NCBI GenBank assembly: GCA_051313645.2
Contig: JBNRSN020000010.1
Span: forward strand, 9,486,001 to 9,550,000
Length of the DNA stretch: 64,000 nucleotides
Direction of reading: 5' to 3'
From: Centroscyllium fabricii
Lineage: Eukaryota
Under the pieces are notes generated by a model, which made no database searches, was not told where the DNA came from, and saw only the letters and a program-made list of their open reading frames with translations. How positions within the stretch are numbered: position 1 is the stretch's first letter; every line of letters begins with the position of its first letter. Positions 38,056-50,579 of the stretch are shown here, in pieces. Made by a program: the position numbers and the translations under genes.

Positions 38056-39354
38056 GGGCCCTGTCTTCCTGTGGCCCGATTGCTGCGGGTGCGTGCAGAT
38101 TTGCACCCGTACGAGATTTTTTTTTTTTATCTGCTGGACTTCCTGCGTGAAATGTCGATTTTTTTTCTTGGGGAGGGGTCTGTTTGTTTTTCCTGCATTG
38201 TGCTTTGTGCGTTGGTCGGATGCTGGACACGCCCCCTGAGGTCGGCTTTTTGAGACCACGCCCCCACAGAACGCAAAGATCAAAGAAAGAATCAAGTGTT
38301 CAACTAAAGAAAAGATCAGGTATGGAAGAATTTTTGTTTGTTTTTTTTAAGTTTGTAGGAAGCTGGTCTTACAGCTTGTAAATCTGATGGTTTATATATT
38401 TTTTGGTGATCGTTAAAAAAATCGGGAATTTCAACGAGAATTTCAACGAGATCTCAGCCACTCACAGCTCTCACCAAAATATATATAAACCTTCACATTT
38501 ACAAGCTGTAAGACCACAAACATGGTCTTACAACTTGTAAATGTTAAGCTTTACATAATTTTTGCTGATAGTTCAAAAATCAGCGATTTCAACGAGATCT
38601 CAGCCACTCACAGCTCTCAGCTGCTGGCATCGCGTTGAAATCGCCGATTTTTTTAACTATCACCCAAATATATATAAACCTTCACATTTACAAGCTGTGA
38701 GACCACAAACATGGTCTTACAACTTGTAAATGTTAAGCTTTATATGTGTTTTGCTGATAGTTCAAAAAATCGGCGATTTCAACGCGATGCCAGCAGCTGA
38801 GAGCTGTGAGTGGCTGAGATCTCGTTGAAATCGCCGATTTTTTGAACTATCAGCAAAAAATATAAAAAGCTTAACATTTACAAGTTGTAAACGTGAAGCT
38901 TTAGATATTTTTTGGTGATAGTGAAACAAATCGGGGATTTCAACGCTGAGATCGCGTTCAAATTCCCGATTTTTTGAACTATCACCAAAATATATTTAAA
39001 CCTTCACATTTACAAGCTGTAAGACCACAAACAAATATCTCCAAAGGAATAAAAAAACAAAAAAACTTTAAACCTGTTTTTTTCACTTTTCAAACCTGCC
39101 TGTACCCTGCTAAGACTGCTTTTTACATGGGCAGAAAAATGGAGGCTTCCCCACATTGTACACCTGTATATTGAGCAGCTGACTACAGGAATTCTGCAGC
39201 TCAAAGTGCTTCCTGGGGAGGAAGCTGAAGCCCCTTGCCCATCAGCACAGGAAGTTCACGTTTCTGGTAATCATCTGAGCTGCCTCCCCACGAAGCATTT
39301 CTGACCCCCCTTCGTTGGGAGGCAGCTCTTCTGGAGCACAGGAAGACAGGGCCC
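38056..39354. mobile_element. Non-autonomous PIF/Harbinger-like MITE with internal palindrome array
   Basis: Perfect 18-bp TIR GGGCCCTGTCTTCCTGTG (38056-38073 and 39337-39354); 3-bp TSD AAT; interrupts the CR1 RT at the G.SCLTNLIE motif. Confidence 0.92.
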
Positions 39355-40465
39355 AATGTCTGAGCAATCTGATTGAAATAAAAGTTTGGGTGTTTAGGTG
39401 TGTGGATAGGTATGCTGCTGTTGGTGTGGTCTACATGGTCTCCAGTAAGGCTTTTGACAAAGTCTCACATGGGTGACTGTGCTGGAAGGTAAGTGGCCAT
39501 GGGATCCAGCGCAATTTCTTACGTGGAACAAAAATTGGTTCAGTCGCAGGAGGCAGAGGGTAAGGGTTGAAGGTTGTTTTTGTTACTGACAGCCTGTGTC
39601 CAATTGTGCACTGCATGGATCGGTGCTGGTTGTTTTGCTGATGGTCATGTCCATTAACGATTTAGATATGAATGTAAGAGGTATGAATAGTAGGTTCACA
39701 GTTGTCCCGAAAATTGGTGAAGTGGTAAATAACGAGGAGGGAAGCTTCAGTCTATAGGACGAAATAGATGTCATGGTTAGATGGGCAGAAGAGTGGCAAT
39801 TGGAATTGATCGCTGAAAAGTGTGAGCTGATGCATATAGGGAGGACTAGCTGGGCAAGGGAATACACGATGAATGATCGGATCCTAGGAAGGACAGAGGA
39901 TCAGACGGACCTTGGTGTGTATGCACATAGATTCGTGGAGGCAGCAGGACAGATATATAATGTGGTTAACAATGCACATGGGATAATTACCTTCATTAGC
40001 TGAGGCACTGAATTCAAGAGCAGTGAGATTCTGATGTTGATGATAAAAACGCTAGGAAGGCCACAGCTGGAATACTGTGTGCATTACTGGTCGCCGAAGT
40101 ATAGGAGGGATACGATTTATTTGGATAGGGGGCAGAGTAGAGTCACCAGGATGTTATCTGGGCTGGAACGTTGACACTATGAAGAGAAATTGAACAGGCT
40201 GAGATTTTTTTTCCATAGAGCAGAGAAGGATGAGTTACGACATGAGTGACTTTTACAAAATTATGTGGGGCATATACAGGCTAGAGTGAAGGGATCATAT
40301 GCACTAATTAGAGGGGTCAATAAACAGCGTTCAGGGTATCAAGGTAAGGGGCAGGAGGTTCACAGCGGATTTGAGGAATATCTTTTGCACAGAGAGGTTG
40401 TTTGGTATCTGGAACTCACTGCCTGAAAGGCTCGTAGAGGCAGGAACCGTCACAACTTTCAAGAA

Positions 40466-41508
40466 TGTAAGAAGTCACACAAAACCAAGTTATATTCCGA
40501 CAGTTTTTTGTAAAATAACACGCTTTCGGTGCGCTGCTCCTTTGTCAGGTGAAGCTTTTAGATGAATATAGGTAGTGCATATATAGACAGAGAGCAAAAC
40601 TAGATGATTACAGGTAATTCTTCTATCTGCTCTTTATCACACCTCGGCAGAGAGAGAGTTACCACAATTAAAGCTGTGAAACGTGTCATAACAGGTCATC
40701 CAGGGAAAAAAATCTATCAAAGAACAATGAGATAGGGTCACAAGGGGCTAAACGCTGCACATACTGTGGTCTGTTCAAACAAATATCAAACAAAGAACAA
40801 TAACAAATGAAATTAAAAATAAACTGCTGAAAATCACAGCAGGTCCAGCCACATCTGTGTAGCGAGAACATGCCAACGGCCACTCCGGTTTGGATCACTT
40901 TACGTCAGGTGGGTTTATATGTAGCGTGACATGAACCCAACATCCGGGTTGAGGCCGTCCTCATGAGTGTGGAACGTGGCCTCAACCGGGATCTTGGGAG
41001 CATGTCACGCGACATGTAAGCCCACCTGATGTAGAGTGATGCAGACTCGAGTCGTCGTTGGCTTTTTCTCTCCAAACAGATGTGTCTGTTTGTGCTGTGA
41101 ATTCCAGCAAAAAAAAAACATTCAATTTCATTTTTTATTGTTTTTTTTTTTTTTTTTTTACTGGCACTTTCATGTGCAGAGTTTGGCGCCTTGGCACCCC
41201 ACCTCTTTGTTCGTTGATGGAATGTATTTCCTGACTGACCTGCTTGGACACCGTTGACACCTTTGATTGTGGTGATTTTCTCACTGCCGAGGTGTGATAA
41301 AAAACAGCTAAAGGAATTACCTGTTATCATCTAGCATTGTTTTCGTACTATATATGCTTTGCCTATATGCATCTTTCCACTTCACCTGACGAAGGAGCAG
41401 AGCTCCGAAACCTTGTGATTTCTTTAAATCGGTTGGATTATCACCTGATGTTATGTGACTTCTTACATTTGTCCACCTCAGTCCAACAGCGGCACCTCCA
41501 CATCATGG
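40466..41508. mobile_element. Palindromic Penelope-derived insertion (two inverted PLE 3' ends)
   Basis: 13-bp TSD CAACTTTCAAGAA (40453-40465 and 41509-41521); arms are imperfect reverse complements about a centre near 40965; the centre encodes the PLE C-terminus GLNRDLGSMSRDM*. Confidence 0.88.
41381..41418 (+). ncRNA. Minimal type I hammerhead ribozyme motif (Penelope-associated)
   Basis: tcac-CTGACGA-a-GGAG-cagag-CTCC-GAAA-cct-t-gtga: conserved core, stem II and stem I (tcac/gtga). Stem III is ACCT rather than palindromic AGCT. A degenerate mirror copy lies on the minus strand at 40516-40553. Confidence 0.65.
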
Positions 41509-42919
41509 CAACTTTCAAGAAGCATTTGGATGAGCACATGAAAAGTCATAGTGTACACGGCTACAGACCAAGTGCTGGAATATGGGATTATAATAGACAG
41601 TGATTGATGGCCCGCGCGGACACGATGGGCCGAAGGGCCCTTTTCTGTTCTGTATAACTCTATGATTCGATGACTCTATAACATGGAGTGCTACGACAGG
41701 GGAGCAGAATATTTTGCAAAACCAGACTTTGTTGGCGATTACCCTCCACTCGAACAATTGCTACCAATCACTCTACATGCTCTTTCTGAACATCCCTTCG
41801 TGCTTTCAGAATGTATCCATCTGTACAATTGAATATTGAGATAATTTATGCCGCAGTTAAATGCGCATTCTCCCAACTTTCCAGGTAATTTTTTTTCACC
41901 TACAGTCAGTTCTAAATTTGTTACGTTTTTAATTTAGTCAGTGGCCATTCTTTACTGAACCCTCAACTAATGAAAGCAGTCTGCAATGATCTAGCAATTC
42001 CCGTCCCTGTTTTACTTAAACCACATGAGTAACCTGGCATTAACAGACAATATAGGAACAGTCAGTAAAGCGTAGTTAAAAGGCCAATTGATAGATTTAT
42101 CAGGGAAATGGTTGTGTCATTGTTTGTACAATAAGATGAGGAGAATGCACTGGTTTATTTTTTACGATCTGTTGCATCAGGACATGCAGGGTTAGATTCT
42201 AAGGAAACACCGCCGGACACCTGGTCCATTGATCGAATGCCAGAAAGGGAATGGATGACTTATATTGGATATCTTGTGGAGGATGATCTTGAGTAATAGC
42301 TGTCTGAGGAGAACTGATGTGTGGCCTGTGAAGCAATCAGCATGCAATGCACTTGATGTGGATGACTAGAGGAATGTGACCAGCGCATGGGTTGTCACGC
42401 TGATCACAGCAGTGTGCAAAATATTTAAATCGTCTCTAGATAATGAAAAAATGTGCAAAACCAATGGGAAACGATCTGCGGAAATGTTTAGGTCGAGATA
42501 CCTACATGCAACTGATAAGATACAGGCCCAGAAATTTGCGTTCGAGGCTTGCCACATGTGCAAGCCTCTAAATTGCACATGCATTGCACGCGGGCCATTG
42601 CGCTATTGCCTTGCCATGGACTTCCGCTTTTTTAATGATGATTTCTTCCGGGCAGCGTTTGACGTCAAGTCGCCCAGGCACGCAGCCTGTGCATAGCCTC
42701 GATCGTGTAGTGTATGGGAGACACGCCCTAAAATGTCAAATTATCGTCTGGCACGCCCACTATTTATTTCTTATACTTAAGGCCTTGTTAATTCCGGAAC
42801 AACATGGTAAGCCGGTTCTTTGTCATTTTTAAGATATTTGAAGAATTTTAAATAGTTTTAAAAGACCTGAAAGCTTTTTTAAATTCCTTTGTTTAATTTG
42901 TTATTTGAAATGGGTGGAA

Positions 42920-43165
42920 TGAGCACAATTCACTTCATTAACAGAAGTCAGCATTTCAATAACGATGACATCACCCATCTCCTCATCGAGGTTGAGGTGA
43001 TGAGATTATGGCTAATTGGAAACGAGAAGCCCAGGGGACCGTGAAAAGGACAGATGCTCACTTGGTCAGATGTTGCCCAGGCGGTAAGCAGGAACTCCAC
43101 CATTACACGGACAGCAGAGCAATGCCACAAGAAATGTAGTGATTTGTTGCGATTTGTCAAGCTTG
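42920..43165 (+). pseudogene. Myb/SANT-like DNA-binding domain remnant of Harbinger
   Basis: FNNDDITHLLIEVE...WSDVAQAVSRNSTITRTAEQCHKKCSDL matches the recalled Myb/SANT trihelix pattern (W..IA..V......RT..QC.KKW.DL); in-frame TGA at about 43042. Confidence 0.75.
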
Positions 43166-44289
43166 GTACAGTTATTAGAAATGTCAACTGTAAGATTCCT
43201 TTCAATTTCTCTTACAAAATATTAAAGAGCTATTCCATCAAAGTAGCAATGTCTCATGACCAGCGTCTAAGCATCTGGGTTTGCAGTAAAAGTTTATGAC
43301 TTTCAGGCCAGCTTAGGGTCAACTATTGTGCTCTTATCTAGATTGCACTGCTTTGAGCTGTAACATTTCCATTAGTGGACAAAAAAAAAACATTGCTTCC
43401 AATCAGGCTTTCATCGTGTGTGAGATGGACTTCCTCTGCAGACAAAGCTGCAGCTTCCTGACTTTCATATTTTCAGTTTAAATTTTAGAGTAAAAGTCCC
43501 AACAACGCCATAGGCAGCCGCTTATGTATTTAGGCTGAGGGATTTAAGCGAAAATGAGGCAAGGTTCGAGCAGCTGTTTGCATTTACACGCGGTTGTACG
43601 CAGTCTGGTTTACAAACAGACATTGCAACACATGAATGTGAGTTTCTCTGGCCAGCTATACCTTTAGAAATGTTCGGTGTTTGTTGAATATCAGCCTCGG
43701 CGATATGGCATATTACGAGTCAATTGCTGAAGGTCAAGATATTGCACACATGGGTCTTCCAGGTGGCAGCCGAGGGCTCCATTCACGAGGAGGGCAAAAG
43801 CGCAGGAGACGGAAGGTGTCACCTTTTGCCCAATGCAGCTCCTTTGATCCTCAGGCACAGATTTGAGGGGGCAAATCTTGCAACAGTTTATGTTTTCGTA
43901 TTAGCTACATGTTAAATGTTATATTTGCTTTTTTTATTGAAATCAATAATTGTGACTGAATGTGTATGAAAACGTTTCGTTAAATAGCACTGACTCCAAT
44001 CACTTTGAAAAAAGATAAACATTTGTTTTTGAAGGAACATTGTTACAAATGTTTGCAATGTAGAAAATGAGTAGTTTCCATCGAGTCTTTATTGCACTAA
44101 GAACAAATAAGTCACTTTAAAGTGTTTCGAACTTTTTTTCCTAAACTATTTATGTTTGCCAATATTTGAAATGTAGAAAATATCTCCTTAACATTTCAAA
44201 GTTACAAACAATGTTCAACAAAACTGAACCTCAAAAGTATTTGATGCCGCAATAAAAGTTTATTATTTAAATTTAAATTGTGTCTGTTC

Positions 44290-44830
44290 CATTCATTGCC
44301 TTGCTGGTGGAAGGGGAGATACCAGGCATCAATTGCATATTCTCTTGAAGCTGTTGGCTGCTGGCGCTTCCCGAGCAACCTTACTTTCGGCAGCACCTAT
44401 CTCCGACCTATCACACCTGACCAAAGGTTAAGTGGCATTGTCCGTATCCTCCGCTTCAGCAGCGAGTTCTTCTTCAGTGTTCAGTGTCAGTCCTTCCCGC
44501 AGGGCAAAATTATGCGAAGCACAACAGGCCATCAGAATCCTTCCCACGTTGTGGTGAGAATATTGCAAGATCCCTCCTCCTTCAGCATGTCACATAGTAG
44601 GCCACATGCCTCTTTACTGAAGCACGGCCTCCTCACACCCAATCCCTCTGACAGTATTTCAAAAGCCTGCCTCTCCGTGTACACTCTCTGGGGTGGGTAG
44701 AAGTGCCTCCTCATCAGGAGATGGTGATGGTTCCTCTGTCTTGTTTCTCGTTCCCTGCATCTTCTTCTTTCTAGTAGTACCCTGATGTTTCCAATGCTCT
44801 GAAGCAAAATCGCACAGAGCATCAGGACAA
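44290..44830 (-). pseudogene. Harbinger transposase N-terminus fused to C-terminus (catalytic core deleted)
   Basis: RRHFYPPQRVYTERQAFEILSE..VRRPCFSKEACGLLCDML is followed almost directly by CCASHNFAL and an acidic C-terminal tail. Confidence 0.7.
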
Positions 44831-45605
44831 CACTCTCACACTTGTTTCTCACTCACAGCTTTCCTCTTTAAACTGAAGTCCATGTAAAGAAAAAATGGAT
44901 AAAGTTGTTAAAGTAATTTTGAAAATGAGTGGCAAGAAAATCATCTCGGGCTATGGCGGGCAACGTGTGGAATTGGACTGTGAACACAACCTACATGCCT
45001 GCTGATTATCATTGCACGAAACCATTTTCCAATAACTATCATTTTCAAAAATTCACACATAAAAACATACATACATACCTATTTACTTAAAGGACTGCAC
45101 ATGATCATTTTGTAAATAAAAATAATTCATTATCAAACATTCATTTTCACATTTAAGAAACAATTATAATTCAATTAGGCCATGCTCAAAGCAAGAGTTT
45201 GTCCTTATAACTACAGTACTCAAAATACTGCAGATGCTGGAAATCCATAATACCACAGAAAATGCTGGAAAACGTCACCAGGCCAGGCAACACTAAAAGC
45301 ATGTTCTTAACAATGTTTTAATGTTGAAAACTTACCTCAGGCTTTATGAAAATAAAATTCCTCCGTTTCACAATCCGTTCAATAACAGAACTGATGAAAA
45401 ATATCTTCCTCCGGTTCGTTATGGGCAGCTCCCAAAGCTTCACTCCTTGTCTTTAAAAGTGCAATTGCTGGGGACTTACCTGCTCTGCCCCAACTGAGAA
45501 AAAACGCGTAATTTCAATGCACATGCGCTGACATTCCAAAGCATGCATTTTGACCTCTGACCATTCTGTCAGGGATTGGAAGTGCTCATTGCGCGCGCAT
45601 GCACA

Positions 45606-46098
45606 GTGCATGCAGGAAACGGGAACTTCTGATGGGCCTGCGTTTGACTACCCAGCGCGTACTCACATGTTCTCAGTCTATATTGTGGGCCCATGTATAG
45701 TTATGGCGTTAAATACTCCAACACCAAAAAAGGTGGCACTACAAGCATCGGGCTAATCTGGTGTCCTAAATCTGTTAATGTTGTACTGTTTTGGTTTCTC
45801 GTTATATTTCATTAATTTCAGTCTTTAGCTCATGCGTGTTAAGTAGGGAATTACAAGTCAGCCTAAATACGACTGTGCTGGCTGATGGACCATGGCTGAC
45901 TCTGTAGCAGTGGTCATTTGAACAATGAAGTCATCAGATTAGTAAATACAGACATGCCATCACAAAGTGATCTTTTTCGAGACCTTAATCGTTTGAGAAA
46001 GTGATACGTCTGCAAAGGATTTCGGCTAGACATGCATCCTCATTTAAATTCACATCAGCGATACAGAAACAACGCTATACTTGTCATTCAAGCTTTCA
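45606..46098 (+). repeat. 493-bp direct repeat, donor copy
   Basis: Matches 47026-47518 at offset 1420; two substitutions seen by eye. Confidence 0.95.
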
Positions 46099-46754
46099 CT
46101 TGTTTAATGGCAATTATGCTGATCAAGAGTGAAACTATCGATATGTTACCGATCTAAGGTCATAATAAAATAATTAGTCAAATGGAAATGCACAGCTTGA
46201 TTAATAAGGATTGATGAATATACGTAAACTAATTATCCATATGTTGAGTTAAATTTTAACTGTTATATATTTATGTAATACAGAATTGTGTGAATTTGAA
46301 AGTAGAGTGAGAGTGAGAAATGTATAAAAAAGTACTCTTTGTAATGAGTATTTGAAACACTTTTGAATTCGCAAAGATGTGGCTGTAATTTCTGTCCTCT
46401 AATTATGTGCTTAAGCACTACTGCATGCATTGTGTGTTCAATAAACCGATGACACCGGACTAAAATGTTGAGGAACATTATTGAAAGCCTTACTCTAAAA
46501 TTAGCCTCATTACTTTTAATTAGTTTGGGATTAATGTATTAATTGTGATGAAGTGGCCGATTTAGATGTCACTATTTCAACGTCCCGTGTCATACTGAGA
46601 TTCAAAAAGCTAAACGCCATTGTTTAATTTCCCCGTGTATCTCAGGCTTTGCCAATTCTGCTATAATCCACGTTATGTGGGAAACGATGGTGAATTGTGG
46701 GCAGTATGGCGTTAATCAGTACACCCTCATTTAACTGGCTCCGGGGGCCAACTG

Positions 46755-48480
46755 TCTTTTTAATCTATCGCACCATCTCCAACCTCTTATTTCACTCGGT
46801 GAGATGTCTCCCAGGTCCGTCACCATCTTTCTGACCACACCATGTTTGAAACTTTATAATTAAGTTACTGCACTTGTCACAGCAATGAAGCGTTACCTAT
46901 TGAAGTTACAAATGATATTCTTATATGATTGCCAACATAGTGAACTGTCCATAATCATTCCTCTCGTCATTGCCACTGTTGACGACACCATCGTTCTCCA
47001 ATGACACTCCGCCATTTTTCAGCATGTGCATGCAGGAAACGGGAACTTCTGATGGGCCTGCGTTTGACTACCCAGCGCGTACTCATATGTTCTCAGTCTA
47101 TATTGTGGGCCCATGTATAGTTATGGCGTTAAATACTCCAACACCAAAAAAGGGGGCACTACAAGCATCGGGCTAATCTGGTGTCCTAAATCTGTTAATG
47201 TTGTACTGTTTTGGTTTCTCGTTATATTTCATTAATTTCAGTCTTTAGCTCATGCGTGTTAAGTAGGGAATTACAAGTCAGCCTAAATACGACTGTGCTG
47301 GCTGATGGACCATGGCTGACTCTGTAGCAGTGGTCATTTGAACAATGAAGTCATCAGATTAGTAAATACAGACATGCCATCACAAAGTGATCTTTTTCGA
47401 GACCTTAATCGTTTGAGAAAGTGATACGTCTGCAAAGGATTTCGGCTAGACATGCATCCTCATTTAAATTCACATCAGCGATACAGAAACAACGCTATAC
47501 TTGTCATTCAAGCTTTCATCTGGATACATTTTCCCCTATGCAGTCACAGTTAGAGAATATCCTGCAATGACTTATATTCGAGCTTTCTGGTGTCACCGAA
47601 GATGATATTGCTTCACCACCCTTTCTATATTCTGCACTTTAGCAACATCATCAGGAAATACAACTGCAGATTCCATATATACACTAAAAAGTCATCTCTC
47701 AACTCCGGAACAGCTCTCTCCAAAACTGTACTGATTCTGTGATATCACAGTAATTTATTTGAATGGGATTCTGGATGAGTCAAAATTACTTCAATTAAAA
47801 ATGGGCAGACGGAATCGAATGGCTTTTGTCCCAACGCCGATCTCCGTAATTTAACCACACTTTCCACCTCCCTCCCTGGACAATGGCTCACACTGAAGGA
47901 GACTGTTCTCATCCACGGCCTCGCACTTGACCTGAGCTGAGCTTCTAACCCCAGACTTTCTCTACCTCAAATCTGAGTAAGTTCACCCAGCCTTGCTCTC
48001 TTCTGCCTCTAAGATCTCCGGGATTTGCCACCGCCAGGGTTTACCCACTGGTAGCCTGTCCCGGCTCCCATCCTATATTAATTGTGCAGCACACCCGGAA
48101 CTCTGCTGCCCATAGCCGAATTCGCGCCAAGTCGCATTCACACATCACCCTCTGTTCGTTGAACTACTTTGGATCCTGTTCTAAAAACGTCCACATTTTA
48201 GAATTTGCATTCTCCTGCTCAAATCGCCCAAAGGCCTTGCCGCTCCAAATCTGTATAATCTCCTACAGCACTACGATCCTCATATAACTCATTCTCCGCC
48301 CTTTTGTGTGGCATCCACTTTCTTCCCCCGAACCTATATTTGGAGGCCGTGCCTTTAGTTGTCCAGGCCCAAAACCCTGAAATCCCCTCCCTAAGCTGCT
48401 CAATTTCTCTCCTTTAAGATTCTCCTTTATCCTCTTATCACACTTTATTTCACCTGTCCTCAGGGCTCCTTGTATCGTTC
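46755..48480 (+). mobile_element. Highly decayed L2-like LINE (RT to 3' end)
   Basis: YRTISNLL (about 46766), IEVTNDIL (about 46900), later ..NSAAHSRIRAKSHSHIT and a tcctttaag-type 3' UTR similar to 62070-62583. Confidence 0.6.
47026..47518 (+). repeat. 493-bp direct repeat, inserted copy within an L2-like LINE
   Basis: Copy of 45606-46098; LINE RT sequence is present on both sides. Confidence 0.95.
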
Positions 48481-49437
48481 TCTATTCCATGCTGATTGAT
48501 TACATTCATGTGACCTGTCTTGGCGAATTGAGTAACTTAAATGAGCTGCTAAATGAATCTTGTTGCTGTAGTAATGAGCATTGCTAACTGGAAATTGCCC
48601 TCCCCCGCACATATATACATTGTTCGGTCGATTTACAATGATGAGCGGGGCTGGGCTGTAGTGAAGATTCAATTGACAAAACCAATCGATCCTAGCCAAT
48701 CCCGTCATTCACGTGGTTCGGTCCATTTACAATCTGCCCTGTGTTTGGATGTACTGATTCCTCAATTGGTACTAAATCGCAGCTCATCAAAATCTCCTGA
48801 TTCAGCACAGCAAAGGAAACTGACAACGATTCACACAGCGTTCATCTTCAATCAGCACTGGGGCAGAGAGTGCCGAATCGCAGTGACTTTTCTCAGCTGA
48901 CTGGCCCTCAGATGCTGCCTACGCACTTCAGCATGTCAAATTGTACTCAATCTCCCCTGTGCAGATGACGGAATCTATTGGCTCCGCAAGCTATTGATGC
49001 ATTCCTAAAGAGGAGAGCGATTCCTCAGTTTAATGTCCCACTGTCCAGATTACCTACTGGATGAGGGAGAATAAATCCGCAATTGACCAACGGAGCAACG
49101 ATAGCTCTGACCATAAACGGCAGCGTGATTCGAATGATGCAGATGTGGAGAACACTCCACGCGTTGGATGGTGCCAGTTCCAGCTCTGGGAGTTATGCTG
49201 AATACCTTAAGTTCCATAAATGTGCTTCACCTGTTAGGGCGAAAGAGTGATTTTACAAGTAAACCCGGCCAGGTCGTTAGAAAACACAGGCCCCGTGTTA
49301 ACTAATCAATCACATGTCGTGGGTAAACGAGCCCAATTCAGTCACTGGAACACAGTCCGCTGCACGTGGATCATTGCACTCAGTTCAAGGCACCCTGAGG
49401 TTACCGGCAATCAAACCTATTAAATCAAATAAACATT

Positions 49438-50321
49438 GGGATCTGTTTTCCCGTGGCCCGATTACTGCGGGTGCGCGCTCACGTGCACCCGTGGCGCACG
49501 CGCACGTAATTTTTCTTTTATGACGGCAATTTCCTGTTGAAAATGCCGGTTTTTTTGCTGCGTAGGGGTCTGGCTTTTGTTGGTGCGTGGTGCTTTGTGC
49601 GTGGGTTGTGAGCAGGCCACGCCCACTGAGGTCGGCTTTCCCCCGCACAAAGCACAGACCACAGACAAATATCTGCAAAGGAATCAAAAGTTTCAGCTTT
49701 TAAAAGGCAAGTGGTTATTTTTTGGCGGAAGTGAAAAAAAACGGGATTTTAACTCGATTTCAGCAGCTCTGGTGGCCACTGAAATCGAGTTAAAAACCCG
49801 TTTTAAAAAAACCCTTGCCATTTAAAAGCTGAAAGACCACAGACATATATCTGCAAAGGAATAAAAGAAAAACGGGTTTAAAAAAGAAAAGCCACCAGAA
49901 CCAGGTTAAAAACCGTTTTTTGCCCCGTTTTTTTTTCAATTCAAAAAAAATAAAAAAAAGACTTCCATTTAAAAGCTGAAAGACCACACACACACATCAC
50001 CAAGGAATGAAAAAAAACCTTACCTTTTAAAGCTTTTAAACTTGCTTCTCCACTTCTCAAAGCTGCCTGCAGCACCTCTTAAGACTGCTTTCCAAATGTG
50101 CAGCTCAAGAGAGACTTGCCCACGTGATACACACGCATTTTGAGCAGCTGCCACAGGAAATCGGCAGTTCAAAGTCTTCCTGCATTGGAAGCTGAAGCTC
50201 CTTCCGCATCAGCACAGGAAATTGACGTTTCTGGGAATCGCCCGTGCTGCACCCCCACGAGGCATTTCTGACCCCCCTCCATGGGGGTCCAGCTCTGCTG
50301 GAGCACTGGATAACAGGCACC
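49438..50321. mobile_element. Harbinger-like MITE, same family as 38056-39354
   Basis: Shared subterminal sequence (gtggcccgatt.ctgcgggtgcg; catcagcacaggaa; gcatttctgacccccc), degenerate TIRs, and TSD ATT at 49435-49437 and 50322-50324. Confidence 0.85.
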
Positions 50322-50579
50322 ATTGATTGGGCGGCAGTCAGGTTCCGAGAATGTGGGTAGTGGACCAAAGAAAATCGCTTAACTACTAATCTTAACTTAC
50401 ACTGGTTACTGAAACTCAGGCGATGGTCACTGAACTTTCTGGTGCAGCGAAGCTAACAGGAGACAGTGCCCGAAGTGAAATTGTGCCATTGTAACCATTT
50501 CCACCATTATCAGTCCCAAGCCTCAATGCAATAATAACCAGACAGCTGGATAGAAAATTGCAGGAGGCGCATAAATAAC

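Larger units (their letters stand above)
35150..41685 (+). mobile_element. Old near-full-length CR1 (SGNH-esterase ORF1 + ORF2), host to four nested insertions
   Basis: ORF1 remnant AIVIGDNIVSG..CVPGARVKDV, VVHINTNN, SDGLH; APE remnant WEYDIVAI; RT remnants; 3' tail tctatgattcgatgactctat at about 41660-41680. Confidence 0.85.
42524..45692. mobile_element. Internally deleted PIF/Harbinger element (convergent Myb/SANT and transposase remnants)
   Basis: Degenerate TIRs (aggcccagaaattt / tattgtgggccc) enclose the two canonical Harbinger genes listed below. Confidence 0.7.

Noticed and set aside
45550-47176. Duplicated 68-aa ORFs as a small gene pair
   Set aside because: Non-ATG starts and no recognisable motif; the similarity is explained by the 493-bp DNA duplication.
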